This document shows, one piece after another, positions 25,409-38,827 of a stretch of DNA of 64,000 nt. Each line of letters starts with the position of its first letter. The stretch's first letter is position 1. Origin of the DNA: Eledone cirrhosa (lineage: Eukaryota); the NCBI GenBank assembly GCA_964016885.1, contig OZ024740.1:377828001-377892000 (forward strand), in the 5' to 3' direction. A program made the position numbers and the translations under genes. Below the pieces are notes generated by a model, which was not told where the DNA came from, did not search any database, and saw only the letters and a program-made list of their open reading frames with translations.

Positions 25409-27954
25409 TTAAAGTATATACCTTTCTACACATGCTGTTGCCAAAAGAACATACTATTTTGTACTTGTTACTACACCAAGATCATAAATACATATACACA
25501 TTTATGTAGGTATGAGTTCCATGCTTTTGGGAAAATCACAAGTTTCCTTTAGAAAATATAACCATTTTGTTAGTATATATGTCTATTGAAAGACTTTGCC
25601 TATTATTTTCAATACATTTTGAGGAATTTAGTAATATAACCTACTGGAAGATACTGGAGTGGATAGTGTGGGAGAGCTCAGATCACTGATGATGAATAGA
25701 GAGCATTGGAGGGCACATGTAAAGACAGATGGGTAACCTGGCAATTGACATAGATAGTTAGATTGGTAATATAACAAACTGTCTCGTTATTATGCTGGTG
25801 TTTGGAAAATAGCTGAACATAGGTTCTTGCATAAAAAATTATCATGAAGAGTTTTTAGATAAATATATACAATTTAAAATAAACAACTTAGTATTGTAGG
25901 CAAGGGGCGATTTGACATCAAAAGGGTTAAAGAACCACTGATCTAGACTATACTTCTTTAGAGATGAAAATGTTTAGGTTATTTAGTTTGAATGTTTATC
26001 TTGACATGACTGTCTATAAGACAAAAGAGATTAATTATAACCTGTATCTGCTTTTGTTCTTTAGCTCCAACTCAGCCTTGATTCTACAAGCTTATGACTA
26101 AAGGCATTCCAGCTGTGACCGTTTCATTTTTCTAGCACTACATTGTCCAATACATCCTTCGATTTTGAGGACAGTAGTGTGTGATTTGAAAGAGATTTGG
26201 CTGCTATTTTCAGCAAATAAAATGATCTCATGGAAGTTATCTTGTTGGGAACTTTGGTCCTACGAAGTAGTGAAGATACAATTGACTTACATTGGCAACT
26301 ACAAAAATATCCATCAAATTGACAGAATTATTAGCATTCTAACATAATGGCTTCATGTAAATTATGACAGGTCTCTAGCATAATAGCCGTTGGTTGTAAT
26401 TGTAAACACAGACATACACACAGTGTTTATATTTCAGATGGATGCACCATCATTCTTAACCAATAATATGAAGTTCATTGTCATTTTCAACTAAATTTCC
26501 TATTTTATTGCTCTAATGATTATGACTAGAATATCACGCAATGTTGGGTATGGAGTGTTAATTAGATAGTTATGTTGTGACATTATATTTATTTATTAGA
26601 AACTTAAGGTCATTATTCTCTGCAGTGGGTGAAAAAGGCCTTATATGTATTAACTTGATTTTCATTAATAGATGTGGTTAACATTCATAAACATATTGAA
26701 AGCAATTTCAAAAGTATTGGTGAGAGTATAATATACTCTTTTCATTTTGGTACATGCTATCAACACACAACACAACAAGCATTTTAAGACCATTTTCCCT
26801 ACTAAAAATGGGGATATTTTATATAATGAAAGCTATACCCATTTTCACAAGAGAAGACACTTTAGGGTGGGTGGGTGATCTCTCCATTGGACAGGGAGAG
26901 TTGACAGGTCTGTAAAGTGGAAGTTAGTTTTGTGGGCCCCATCACAGACTTCAAACACATCATGGGGTCATTTTTGAGGCAATATTTTACATCTGGATGA
27001 CCTTCCCGGCACCAACCAACCCTTTTAATTACCTCATATGATATGTTGTACTATTTGTAAAGATGTGGTGTACCTATTTTAAACTGGATACATACAGAGC
27101 TATGCTGGAGTAATTTAGTTAAAAGAACATTGATTAATCAGTAGTTTTATTGTCACCAACTGTTACAAAAACAGTTTTGTAAAGAGTAAGTTGTTTTTGA
27201 ATGGAATTATGTATTGGGAACTTTAGGGACACAAGTTACTACTAATTATGCAAGCTGGTACTCTCTCTCCATTACTTACTATGGTTTTTGTTTTATTTTT
27301 TGTGGGGAGGGGGATGTTCTCTATATACATCCAAACAAATTGTCAAATTTTGGGAGGTCTGATCTTAACCTTTTCATTACCATATTTCTAATGAAATATA
27401 CTGTCTATGATTTTCTAAAATAATCAATTTATAGGGTTTAAATAATATAACTCAGCAGAGTCGTTAGAAAGTCGGATAGAATCCTGCTGAGGTCAACTTT
27501 GCCTTTCATCTATTTGAGGTTGATAAAAAATGTACCAGCCAAGTACTGAGGTCGATTCTTCCTCTATATATCTGTTCTAACTCTTTATATTTTGAATTCG
27601 AATCCCATCTTTCATCCTTCCAGAGTCTAAAGAACGAGTCAAGTACTAGCGTTGATTTAATCAATTTTGCCTTTTCCCTAAATTTGCTGGCTTTGTGTCT
27701 AAATTAGAAAATCAATTAATTATATCTTAAAAGTGTTGTTTCATTTTAAATCCATTAAATCAAACGAAATGCAGGTTCACTTTTTTAGTACATGGAACGT
27801 CCAGTTAACCACTGACCACTCCATAAAAAGTAGTTTATATCTGGATGTTTACAGATCGTGTGAGAAGTTGTTTTAGATTTAAATACAGACAAAGCAATCA
27901 CAATGTTTAGAATAATTTATAGAGAATTTTAAAATATTAATGATGTAATATAAG

Positions 27955-28320
27955 TGTTCCTACTTTAGGCACAAGGTCAGCAATTTGGGAGGAGGGGAAA
28001 GTCTATTAAATTGACCCTAGTGCATCACTTTTACTTTATTTTATCGACTTCGTAAGGATGAAAGGTAAAGCTAACCATAGCCGGATTTGAACCTAGATGT
28101 AATATAATGGTTTCTGATTCAGACCCCAGTGCGTGATTGGTACTTTATTTTATCGACTTCGTAAGGATGAAAGGCAAAGCTAACCTCGAAGGGATTTGAA
28201 CTCAAAATGTAAAGAGCCGTATCTCTCGGCGGGATTTGAACTCCCTATGTCACTAAGCATGTTGTTCGACGCTCTGCCGATTCTGCCAATCCACCACCCT
28301 CAACTCAGATGTAATATAAT
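27955..28320 (-). mobile_element. Two adjacent or nested SINE family 1 copies
   Basis: The second copy is bounded by the direct repeat AGATGTAATATAAT (~28095 and ~28307). Confidence 0.75.
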
Positions 28321-29233
28321 AAGACAAAACAAACTGTTCTGTTGGTGTTCTCGTTAGCCCGTAGGAATATTTAGTTGACTGCTTGATTCACATTTGATTC
28401 AAGCACTAAGAAAATAACTTGCATTTTTTTTTTTTTTGTGCTGGTTATAAAAATAGTAAACTGTGGAAACGTTCTTATAAATCATTTATAAATTTAATTT
28501 TTTTCTTTTCTTCTCCGAAATACACTATGGTATACGGCTCTCTTTTTGCAGTAGGTGTACTTTTTATATTAAGTATCTAAATGTCTCAGATGAATTATTC
28601 TTAATGAAATTATTTCTCAGGTTATTAACCTCATCTTGAGAGACTGTTGTTTATTATTTATTATTTTTATTTATTTACATCTCTACAAGATATACATATT
28701 AAAAAATAATGTTCATTTCTATAGAAGTTAATAGCCCAAAACATTATATAATCATACTTTTTTTAGATGTTTGCTTAACTTGTTTTATCCCTGTTTCAAA
28801 GATATATTTTTAGATGTTTGGTTTGTATGCAGAGGCAACAGTGACCAAAATGCTTTCTAAAAATAATTCACTAATTTATATTATTTTTATAACAAACGGC
28901 ATCATCAACCTTAAGTATAGAATGATGCATGCATGGTCCTGTAACTCCTGAAGGAGTATTAGGGGCGTCATATTGACATACGGCGTTTTTTAATCTCTCC
29001 TGGTTTGAATACAGCAGATTTCTCCCAAAGAAGGATGGATAAAAAGTGAGATATAGAGGAAAAATCGACTCCAGCACAAGACTGGTACTTTCTTATTGAG
29101 CTCAAAAGCATGATATGATCGAGTATGTAAATATTTTCATTGTGGGTGATTTTTTTTTTTTCTACGCTTTATCGAATGTTTTCATTGTTGAATATTTTCA
29201 GAGCAGTGGTTTGACAAACTCGTTAGAGCTTTG

Positions 29234-29493
29234 GGCACTGGTTTGTTTTTGTGTGTAAAGTGACTAAAGATTAAAACAAATGTAATATATTAACGGTTAG
29301 GGTTAGTTTTTAGGGTTGGGATAGGGTTAGTGTTTAGGGTTAGGGTTAAGTACGAGCTAAACATACAGAGAATAAAAAAATTGAACAGAGAAGAAAAATA
29401 TTGTGATTTCACGACGGGAAGAGCTATAGGCAGAGTTCACCGCTTGCTGAGACGCAAACTTTCACTTTTGACAGACAAAAACAAACCAGTGCC
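29234..29493. mobile_element. Merlin-like MITE carrying degenerate TTAGGG repeats
   Basis: TIR GGCACTGGTTTGTTTTTGT (19 bp perfect, ~30 bp imperfect) and exact 8-bp TSD GAGCTTTG; inserted into a SINE. Confidence 0.8.
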
Positions 29494-29804
29494 GAGCTTT
29501 GTGGCATTTGTTATGGTCTTTACCTTCTGAATTCAACTTAAATCTTTCATCCTTAAGTACCAGTCAAGTACATCGGCTTTGCCCACCTCCAAATTACTGA
29601 CCATGTACCTAAATTAGAAATCATCATTGAATATTTTCGTTATTCTTTTCCCGATAAACATATTGACGGCGACGAATATCTTTGAGATAACATGTCACAC
29701 CAAGTTGTTGTTTTTTAATTTCATCTTTACATTTTGATGATGAAAGTATCATTGTTCTTTTTCATTTGTATTAAACCGTGTTGGTTATTTTTATCTTTAT
29801 ATTT

Positions 29805-29862
<58 letters not shown>

Positions 29863-30071
29863 CGATCGTAAAATAATGAGTTTTACTATGAATTACCCGT
29901 ATTTTGTTTAATTTCATTGTTTTCACTATTTGTATTATTTTGACTCTGCTTCCAAGGAATTATATCGTTGAAATTTTGTATTTTAAACTTTGCTTCACGA
30001 CATCTTCTACATAAGGATTACATTGAGTTCTTCATACGGCTTGGACTCTACCATTAATTGGTGGATTTATC

Positions 30072-30103
<32 letters not shown>

Positions 30104-31292
30104 GTAATGGATTCTTTGCTTAAATTTAATCTGTTATTTATATATATATATATATACAGTAATAATAATAATAGTAGTAATGGATTCTTTGCTTAAATTT
30201 AAGGTTATTTTAATATATATATATTATATATTCAATAATGAAAATATTTTGATTCTTGATTATCTTTCATATTTAAGCACACTAGTTGTGCTTCGCAAAC
30301 AGTTTTCTCCGAGTGTCACGAAAACTATTTATTTAATCAATTTAAGGTCCGTATAAAGCTAGTAAGCCTCCACAGACTATGCGAAAGAAAGTATCTCGTA
30401 CTTCTTACAGTTGAGAGACAAAAAAAAAGATATAGAGATAAGTAAATATTAAAATTAAATAAATTGATAAAATAAAAGAATTGAATAGGGAAGCCAAAAT
30501 AAGCATTAAAAGATTTTTTTAAATGGTAAGCTGTAAGGGAGCTAGGAGGTTCTGTTGTTGAATCTTATCGTAACCCCGCAAAAATTACTTAATCTGTAAC
30601 GTTTCGCTTTTAAAACAAAGGCATGGGCTATGTATATGTTTCAATGTTTTATGTAAGTTAGGCACTTCAAATATGTGGAAACTAATATAGCTGTCAGGAC
30701 TTAAAACAGTCATTTCTTTGTCTCTTTTTTTTTTTTTTTCCCCCTGTATCTAATATCGGTATATTATCTACGGTGTAAGTAAATTAGGTAAGTTGAGTCG
30801 ACTGTAAAATAGTTTCGTTAATTTGATATGATCTTCTTATTGTTGTTGTTTACTATTATTTTAACAATTATTTTAACTTACTATAAACTCCCTCAATAAA
30901 ATCATTGACTGAAAACTCTGCTTCAAAAAACATGTATACAATAAATCCATCTGATAAAATGGTGGAAAGTCTGACCTATTGATAATTTTGCTGTTGCTTT
31001 TTTTTGTTTGTGTTTTTTTAATGTTTGTTAAAGGACATGAGAGTGGGGTGGAAAAGTTCATTTTCTGTTTTCTGTTTGTAGGTCAAACCTCCAGTTAATT
31101 GTTACACAATTTTATTATTTTAAGTACTTTTGTTGTTTTATTATTCTAAGGAATGACAGCCACCGATAATGTTCTCCCTGACTGCTCTAGCAGGACAGGA
31201 TATATTTTATGCTATACCGAACCATATATATAATTGAAAGAGCAAAGTTTTTAGTCTGCTACTTCCCTCATTCACTTCCATACACCTATTTT

Positions 31293-31349
<57 letters not shown>

Positions 31350-32161
31350 AAAATATGGGTGAGAAGAATGATATATATATAAACGGCTTGTTTGCTTCGT
31401 TTTATTACTAATTCTATCATAGTTGCAAGATGTCTCTTTAAGATTAGCTAATCAGCTGTTAGTTGACATTTTAATGTAACTATAGTTGCTTCTATTAATC
31501 AAAGACTGGATACAACAAAATAGAGTCTCTATAAGGGAATGATTTCTAAATTACCAAGGCGGTCCAGTTAATGTTCATCATAATAAAAGTTAACCTTTTT
31601 CTTACTTTTTCCTTGTCTCTCTTGACTGATAGTTAATAAGGTTTCCAAGAAAGGTTAACACTTTTAAGCTACTCGCATTGAATGTCTTTGAGGTGGTGAC
31701 AAACATTAAAATTAGGTCAGACTTTGTTTCAAACCGTTCTATTTATGTATGTCTATATGTGTGTGTATATCTAATAAGACTTTGTATTTTTGCATCTCCT
31801 GTGTTTGTTTTGTTTTATTTATCAACTAACTATATATATATATAATATATAGTAGAATAATCGAGAATCGAAAAATCGGCGCACGAGTTCACGATAAACA
31901 AAATTCGAAATGAGCGGCAGAGGGCTCAATAATTCAGATAAATCAGAGCTATAACTATCGTTAAAATACCGACACACGCAGAACATGTCTAAAATCAACC
32001 ATACGACCGAAAAATTACGATCTGGAAGATTCGGGACACTCAGATAAAATATCAATAAATCAATAAATCAAATGAATATATATATATATATATAATGTGT
32101 GTTTGTATGTAAAAGGTAAACAGAAATAATTAGGTTAACGCTTGATATAGCAGAAAGAGGG

Positions 32162-32197
32162 TCTTGACGTTTCGGACGCTAGTCCTTCATCAGAAGA
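32162..32197 (-). ncRNA. Minimal type I hammerhead ribozyme (PLE type)
   Basis: Minus strand TCTT-CTGATGA-A-GGAC(TAGC)GTCC-GAAA-C-GTC-AAGA: intact core, GUC triplet, palindromic ACGT stem III. Confidence 0.85.
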
Positions 32198-32469
32198 AAG
32201 AATGAGAAATAAGATACATTGAGAGGACGGGCGGGTTGGAATTGGAAAAAATGTCTTTAGATAAAAATAACAGGTCCATTCATGTTGGCACACACACATA
32301 TATATATATCATCATCGTTTAACGTCCATTTTTCACGTTAGCATAGGTTAGACGAGTTGTCTGTGTAAGCAAAACACTGTCGGGGGGGGGGGTGCTTACA
32401 CAGAACTGATTTTGGCTTGGTTTTTACAGTTGGATGCCCTTTCTAACGCCAATCCCACAAAATAATCAA

Positions 32470-33200
32470 CTTTCCTAAAAGTCTGCCAGTTATTACTCTC
32501 TTTGGCATTTAACACAATTGGTTGTCTCTCTTCCTATCCAACAACACTCTGCAAAGACACTCTCTCCTTATCAACAATCATTGCTTGAAATTTTCTGTCA
32601 AAAACAAAATTTGCACCCTTGAAATTAACAAAACTTTCTAATAGTGTCTGGAATGAGGATTTCTTGATAAAGCTACTCATCGATGGGTTTCACATTTTAA
32701 TGGACCTGCTAAATAAGAAACTTTTCTGTCCTGTCCATTGCAGTCCACACCATATTAAACTAATAGTGGCTCATGTATCTCTTCTGCCTTCTTCCTTTAC
32801 ATTAGAAACCTATTTACTGTTAGCTTAACTATACACTCACCAATGTCATTTTGCTTACTACCTTGTATTCTCTTCTGTTTTCACAAGCAGGCTTCATCGA
32901 CAAGCATTCCCAACACCTGTTACTAGGGTTGAACATCTTCAAAGACGAAAGTCTATCAAGATATCCTACAATGACGATTTGTTTTTCTTTTTCAACTGCA
33001 CTAAAACCCTTCTACATCAAACAACAAATAGATTGGGATTCCTCTTCATTGCTAGAAGATATATCAAATAGGGACAGCTGCTAACCCTTTTTATGGAGTA
33101 AATGCCATTTACACTAGTGTTCTGTCCATACATCTAGAAAAGTGTACTGTGACAAAAAGAAAAAAAATTCTTGTTTGCATCCACAAAAATTGTAATTTGC
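32470..33200 (-). pseudogene. Decayed Tc1/mariner-type transposase fragment
   Basis: In-frame MVWTAMDRTEKFLI*QVH*NVKPIDE*LYQEILIP...FQGCKFCF*QK resembles MVW.A...YQEIL...F.FQQD; boundaries approximate. Confidence 0.45.
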
Positions 33201-33544
33201 TTGTTATGAAAACCTTTGCTCACTAACACTCCTAAAATGCCCATATATTAAACTGTATTCTCTTTTCTTTCTACTACTACTACTACAAGTCATCTCTGGA
33301 CTTAATCCTGTTAGTACCACTACCACACCTACCGCTTCTGGTTCTAAGGAACAAAATCACCCATTTTAAAGGGTTCCTATTTAAATTTAAATTATCCAGC
33401 AGGATTTTGTTAAGCAATGTTACAAATACCATCTAAATAATGAAATAATTAGTAATTTTAGTAAATCTCTCAAAATTCTTCATTAATTAATTAAAATACA
33501 GTGTATTTCATTAGAAATATGGTCGTGAAAGGGCTAAAGTCACT

Positions 33545-33890
33545 TAACACATCCAGTCCACGCTGTAAATGTGGCCGTGTAGGCAACACGGTAAAAACCT
33601 CCCAGCCCCACACTGTAAATGTGGTTGGTGTTAGGAAGGGCATCCAGCTGTAGAAAACCCGCCAGACAGTCCACGCTGTAATGTGGCCGTGTAGGCAACA
33701 CGGTAAAAACCTCCCAGCCCCACACTGTAAATGTGGTTGGTGTTAGGAAGGGCATCCAACTGTAGAAAACCCGCCAGACAGTCCTATGCGAGCAAGACAA
33801 CCACTCTTGCCTCAAGTGGGAAAACCCCCGTCCAAACCCATGCAAGCGTGGAACACGGACGCTAAACCTGATGATGATGATGATGATGAT
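33545..33890 (+). mobile_element. SINE2/RTE-tail element with an internal ~113-bp tandem duplication
   Basis: Reverse complement of 22020-22210; units start at 33554 and 33667; (GAT)n tail. Confidence 0.8.
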
Positions 33891-35784
33891 TTATCAGATC
33901 TTCCTTTGCTTTAGCTCTAATTTGTCTTAACAGGATACAACTGTTGATTTGGATACACAGGTGCTTTCTCAAACCATTTGATTGATATGATAATCTTTTT
34001 AACCAGAATTTCTCATATTTCATGTGAACCAAATCTACCATGACCTTTACACGTTCTCTTTACTTTTTGCCCTAAAAAAATATCTATCTCACAAACATTT
34101 TTCTAATAAATATAATTTAGGTTTCTGTAATAATTCTGAAGCCTTTTTTAGCATTAAATTTCAGCTTTATTTTTGTTTGTGTTTGATGAAGATGACAATG
34201 GCAATTTCTAATTTAGGCTCAACACTAACTATTTGTGGGGAAGGGTAAGTGGATTACATTGACTGGTATTTTATTGGAAAAGCAGATGTAAAATCATTAT
34301 ATATATATATATATATATATATCATTTATATCTATTATATATATATGCATGCACACAAACAATGGGCTTCCACACATTTTCCTTCTACCAAATTTCACTC
34401 AGAAAGCATTGGTTAGCTAGGGGCTATAGTAGGAGGCACTAGCCAAAGGTACCACACAGTAGGATTGAACCTGAAACTACATGGTTACAAAATGGACTTC
34501 TTGACTATATGACCATGTATTGGTAGTATTTGAAATCAGATGTAATAAAATACTGCAATGTAGTTTGTCTAATGCCCTACCATCCACAGCCTTGGTGGCA
34601 ATATATGTAACAATAATACATTGGCATGAGGTCAGAACTTTGTAGGGTAGAAGTAAAGGCAATTGAACTGGTTCCTATTACAAGCCTGGTGTTTGTTTTA
34701 TCAATTTTGCAGGCATGTAAGGCAAAGTTGACACCAGTAGAATTATGAACACAATGTAAAGGAACAAAACTATAAATACAAACTAAATAGTGTAGGGTAT
34801 TTAACATAGCACTCAGTACTCTTGATGATGATAATAATAACAATAATAAAAATAATCTCTGGAAAAGAAATCTGTGTTAAGATAAATTTTAATTCATTAT
34901 TTAAAGTAGGAGAAAAAAAGATTTACATAATTGTCTACTGTTGAACCAGTGATTTTTATAATTTTCTGTAAAATATGTTTTTATGCCATATATTCTTTAT
35001 TTAGAACAAAGACTTTCTAACAGTATCTGCAATTGATTAACTGGCCACAACTGTTACAAGTGAAAAAATTTCATACTGGTTTAATTTCTCTTATAATTTT
35101 ATTTTATAAAAGGACACAGTTTGTTTGTTTGTATGTTATTATTATAGCACACTGCTTGTAAATAGTTAACAGATGTTGTTTTTCGAAAGAATGGTGTACA
35201 ACTTCCTCATTTTGTTTCTAAATCAGTGTCTTTTGTCAAACTGTAATGTTTTTTAAGAGTGAACTAAGCTTCTTAAATTTTAGTAATTAATCCATCTAAG
35301 AAACAATTGCTAAAATTGTCATACTTTACATATTCGTCACACAAAAATGGCTCCTGGCAAAATATAATTAAAAAGAAAATGTAGTTGGATATAGATGCTA
35401 GCTCATTACAATTAAGTTAAGAATCTACCCACTAAAAGATTAGTATTCAAATAAGTGCATATATATCATCATCATCATTATCATAATTTAACATCCCATA
35501 GCTTAGTATTATTGCAGGTCAAAGGGGCATTCTGGTGATTAACTCCTTTTTTTGCATTACTTTCTCAAACTGAATCTAAATCAGATATTTAGTTGCAATA
35601 TTATTGTTAACCTTAGATTGACAGAATCATTAGTGTCAGACACAAAACCTTGCATTTATTTTTAATAAAAGGCCTTTAATGTTCTGTTTTAAAATCTTAC
35701 TAAGGTCAACACTGTCTTCATCCCTCCAGGGTCAATAAAATAAAGTACCAGTTAAGTAGGACTGGGGTTGATTTAATCAATTAA

Positions 35785-36000
35785 ACCTTTTAGCATTTAA
35801 ACCGGCCGTATCTGGCCAGAATTCTCTAACCTCTTTCTGTTCAAACTGGCTGTAACCATATACTCATACTTATGTTAAGGTATTGTTCTCATAATAACAT
35901 CAAAATCTCATAGATTCCATATTTTGTGAGATAGTTATGAGGTAAAACCTTTACTGTGAAAATATAATAGTATATATAGAGTAATGTAAATGCTAACGGG
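35785..36000 (-). mobile_element. piggyBac-type MITE family A (reverse)
   Basis: TTAA on both sides; body reversed. Confidence 0.85.
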
Positions 36001-36771
36001 TTAAACATTCACTCAAAATATGTTTAACTTTGCACTTCTTAAGACAATGTCTTATGGCTGGATGCCTTTCCTGGTGCCAGACCTTTTAATTGCCTCTTAT
36101 GAGATGCAGGGATATAGTGTTTAGAATAGTTGCACCATATCCCTGCATGTAGTAAGAGGCATTTAAGAGTTTGTGCTAGGAAGGACATTCAACCATAAAA
36201 TATTAACTGAAAAAAACCCCGATGATGGGTATGGAGCTTGTCATGGGGTCCACAAGGCTAATCCCTGCATTAACTTGAAAAGGGAACTTAAAATGTTTGT
36301 GTGTTTTGGGGTTTTGTCTTCTAAATGATTTTTCACATATCCCGTTTATTTCATTTTACTTAGTCAGTCCATCATCTCTTGGCCCTTTAGCATTTACATT
36401 ACTCCATATAGACTATTGTATTTTCGCAGTAAAGGCTTTATCTCGCATAATATTGAACAGAAAGAAGTGCGAGAATTCTGGCCAGATACAGCTGGTTTAA
36501 ATTACTTTGTCTGACTTTTAAATGAATTTAGAGTTTTAGTGAGTTTTTCAATATTTATCCTGAATTTATTTTAAAAGGACTAAAAAGCCCAGCATTGATA
36601 ATGTTTGTCTTCTATAAAGCATTTTCTTTTTTTTTTTTAGCTGGAATCTTCCTAACTTGACCAACATGTTTTATATTAACTTAATTATTATTGACTAAAA
36701 AATTGAATTTTAAAACCAGTATTTCCTTCTTTTCAACACATTCTTGTATTTTCTTGATTTTTTAAGATTAT

Positions 36772-37158
36772 CATCATCATCATCATCATTTTACGTCCGC
36801 TTTTCCATGCTTGCAAGGGTGGGACGGGAACTGATTCTGGCTTGATTTCTACAGCTGGATGCCCTTCCTAACACCAACCTCATTTACAGTGAGTGCTGGG
36901 TGCTTTTTTTCCGTGGCACCTCCACGACAACGTTTGCAGTGAAATGATGATAGGACTGGAGTCCTATCATCATTTCACTGCAAACGTTGGATGATAGGAC
37001 TGGAGTCCTATCATCTCATTTCTACAGCTGAGTAAACTGGAGCAATGTGAAATAAAGTGTCTTGCTCAAGGAAACAACACATCACCCGGTCTGAGAATTG
37101 AACTCACAACCTTTCGATTGCAAGGCCAATGCTCTAACCACTAAGCCATGTGCCTCCA
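36772..37158 (-). mobile_element. Full-length tRNA-derived SINE family 2
   Basis: Minus head GGAGGCACATGGCTTAGTGG...GTTCAATTC, CCTTGAGCAAGACACTT domain, (ATG)n tail and 12-bp TSD TTTTAAGATTAT. Confidence 0.85.
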
Positions 37159-38034
37159 TTTTAAGATTATATGACTAAGAAAGTAATATCATTCAATGAG
37201 TTTTTGTTATGTTTGACCTGATTAATACAAGTATCTTTTTTTAATCCTTTCTTCCACTGTCTTTCTTTCTTTTTTTTTCTTTTTTTTTTTTTTGCTGCTA
37301 TTCCTTTATGACTTTAAAGAAACTTAGTTGGTCATCTGAAATTTATTTTATACATCATCTAAGTAAATTTGGGATATAAAAAACATTTATCCAGTCGATA
37401 GGATATGTACATTTATAGATACTTGAAAAATCTAGTAAATATCCAAAACACCAAAAACTCATCATCATTTTATATCTGTTTTTCCATTCTCATTCTGGCA
37501 TGGTATTGATGGGTTGTCATGGTCTGAGTCGGTTCTTATTTAAAGTTACTAACCTCCTAGACATCTCATGCATGCGGTCCATTTATGGATTAGTTAGATG
37601 TACTTCCTATCACCAACTACTTTACAGAATGTACAGGGTACATATTATCATGGCACCAATACTAGAGCTGAAGTATTCCCCCTGCCACTCCGCTTTCTGG
37701 CAAGATTAAAGTGCTTTCTCTACCCTACAGACAGAGCACCTTACCCACATACCTAACTTCCTATTAACATACACGCAAACACAAATATACTTCACATACA
37801 CTTCAATTCACATCACTAGCTTCTCCCATGCTTGTTGCAAACATACTTCAGATACTTCACTTCCTTTCACTCCTTTCTCCTACACTTGTCATGTTTATTT
37901 TTCTTGCCACATGCTCAGTCTCCTTTGCACAAAAAGTAACTTCCTTATTCCACTGCTTCCTGCCTACCATTCAAGCATGTCATACCTCTGACCTAACATT
38001 GTGTACTTTTGTCTTCCATTTGTTTTCTTTCTTT

Positions 38035-38069
38035 TGTCTTGATAAAGGACCACTGTCCAAAACATGGAT
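38035..38069 (+). ncRNA. Decayed hammerhead remnant in an old PLE-like tail
   Basis: TTGATAA-A-GGAC(CACT)GTCC-AAAA-C: same architecture as the 32162 motif with a mutated core. Confidence 0.4.
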
Positions 38070-38768
38070 TCATCTTAGTATCTTACTCTCTTATTGCATT
38101 ACATTAACTGCCTAGCCTTTTTTTTCTTCTTGTAGTTTTGTCGTTTGCTCTGTTGTTGTGTGGGTCTTACTTAGATACCAGCTTTCATAGACATTGTATT
38201 CTTATGCAATAAAATGTATTCCTATTTGAGAACTTTAAAGTTTACTTTACTGGCCTAAATGACTCACCAGATCATCTGGTCTTCAGTGTTTTGTCTGTTT
38301 GTCTTTGTCCTGTTAGTCATAATTCCCTTTTCTGAAAGATTCTAACACATATTCAATATGGATGTGTGAGTGTGTTGCAAATATATAGTATTTAAGTAAA
38401 GATAATTTCATTATAATTCCATGTAGGTGTTGGTAACTTGTTATAGTATTTTCACATTCACAGTTCAAATTGTTTTCAGGTGAGATAGACATACATATGA
38501 TGTAAACAACTTTTACTGTATAAACTAGCCAATCCACTTGTCACTTACTTGAGTAAATCCAACAAATTCACAAGTAGTAATGTTACTCGGTTCTTTTTAT
38601 CAATATTTGCTTTTTATTAGCTTTTTCCTTATAGTTTGCCTTCACTTTCTATTTTCTTAAAGAGCAACCTAAGTATTAAGGTTTAGACCAAGCTGATATA
38701 GTGATACCATCTAATTGTATATATGTTTGTGAAATCTCTTTAATCTTCCCACTTTATGACAATTTTGT

Positions 38769-38827
<59 letters not shown>

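Noticed and set aside
29296-29348. True telomere or fusion scar
   Set aside because: Short, degenerate and enclosed by TIRs and a TSD
31153-31233. Short ORF MTATDNVLPDCSSRTGYILCYTEPYI as an alternative first exon
   Set aside because: Ends in a stop, with no donor and no kinase motif
37085-37158. tRNA-Ala-like gene (also ~58630-58704 and a tRNA-like stretch at ~17690-17750)
   Set aside because: SINE heads or decayed copies without a proper acceptor stem
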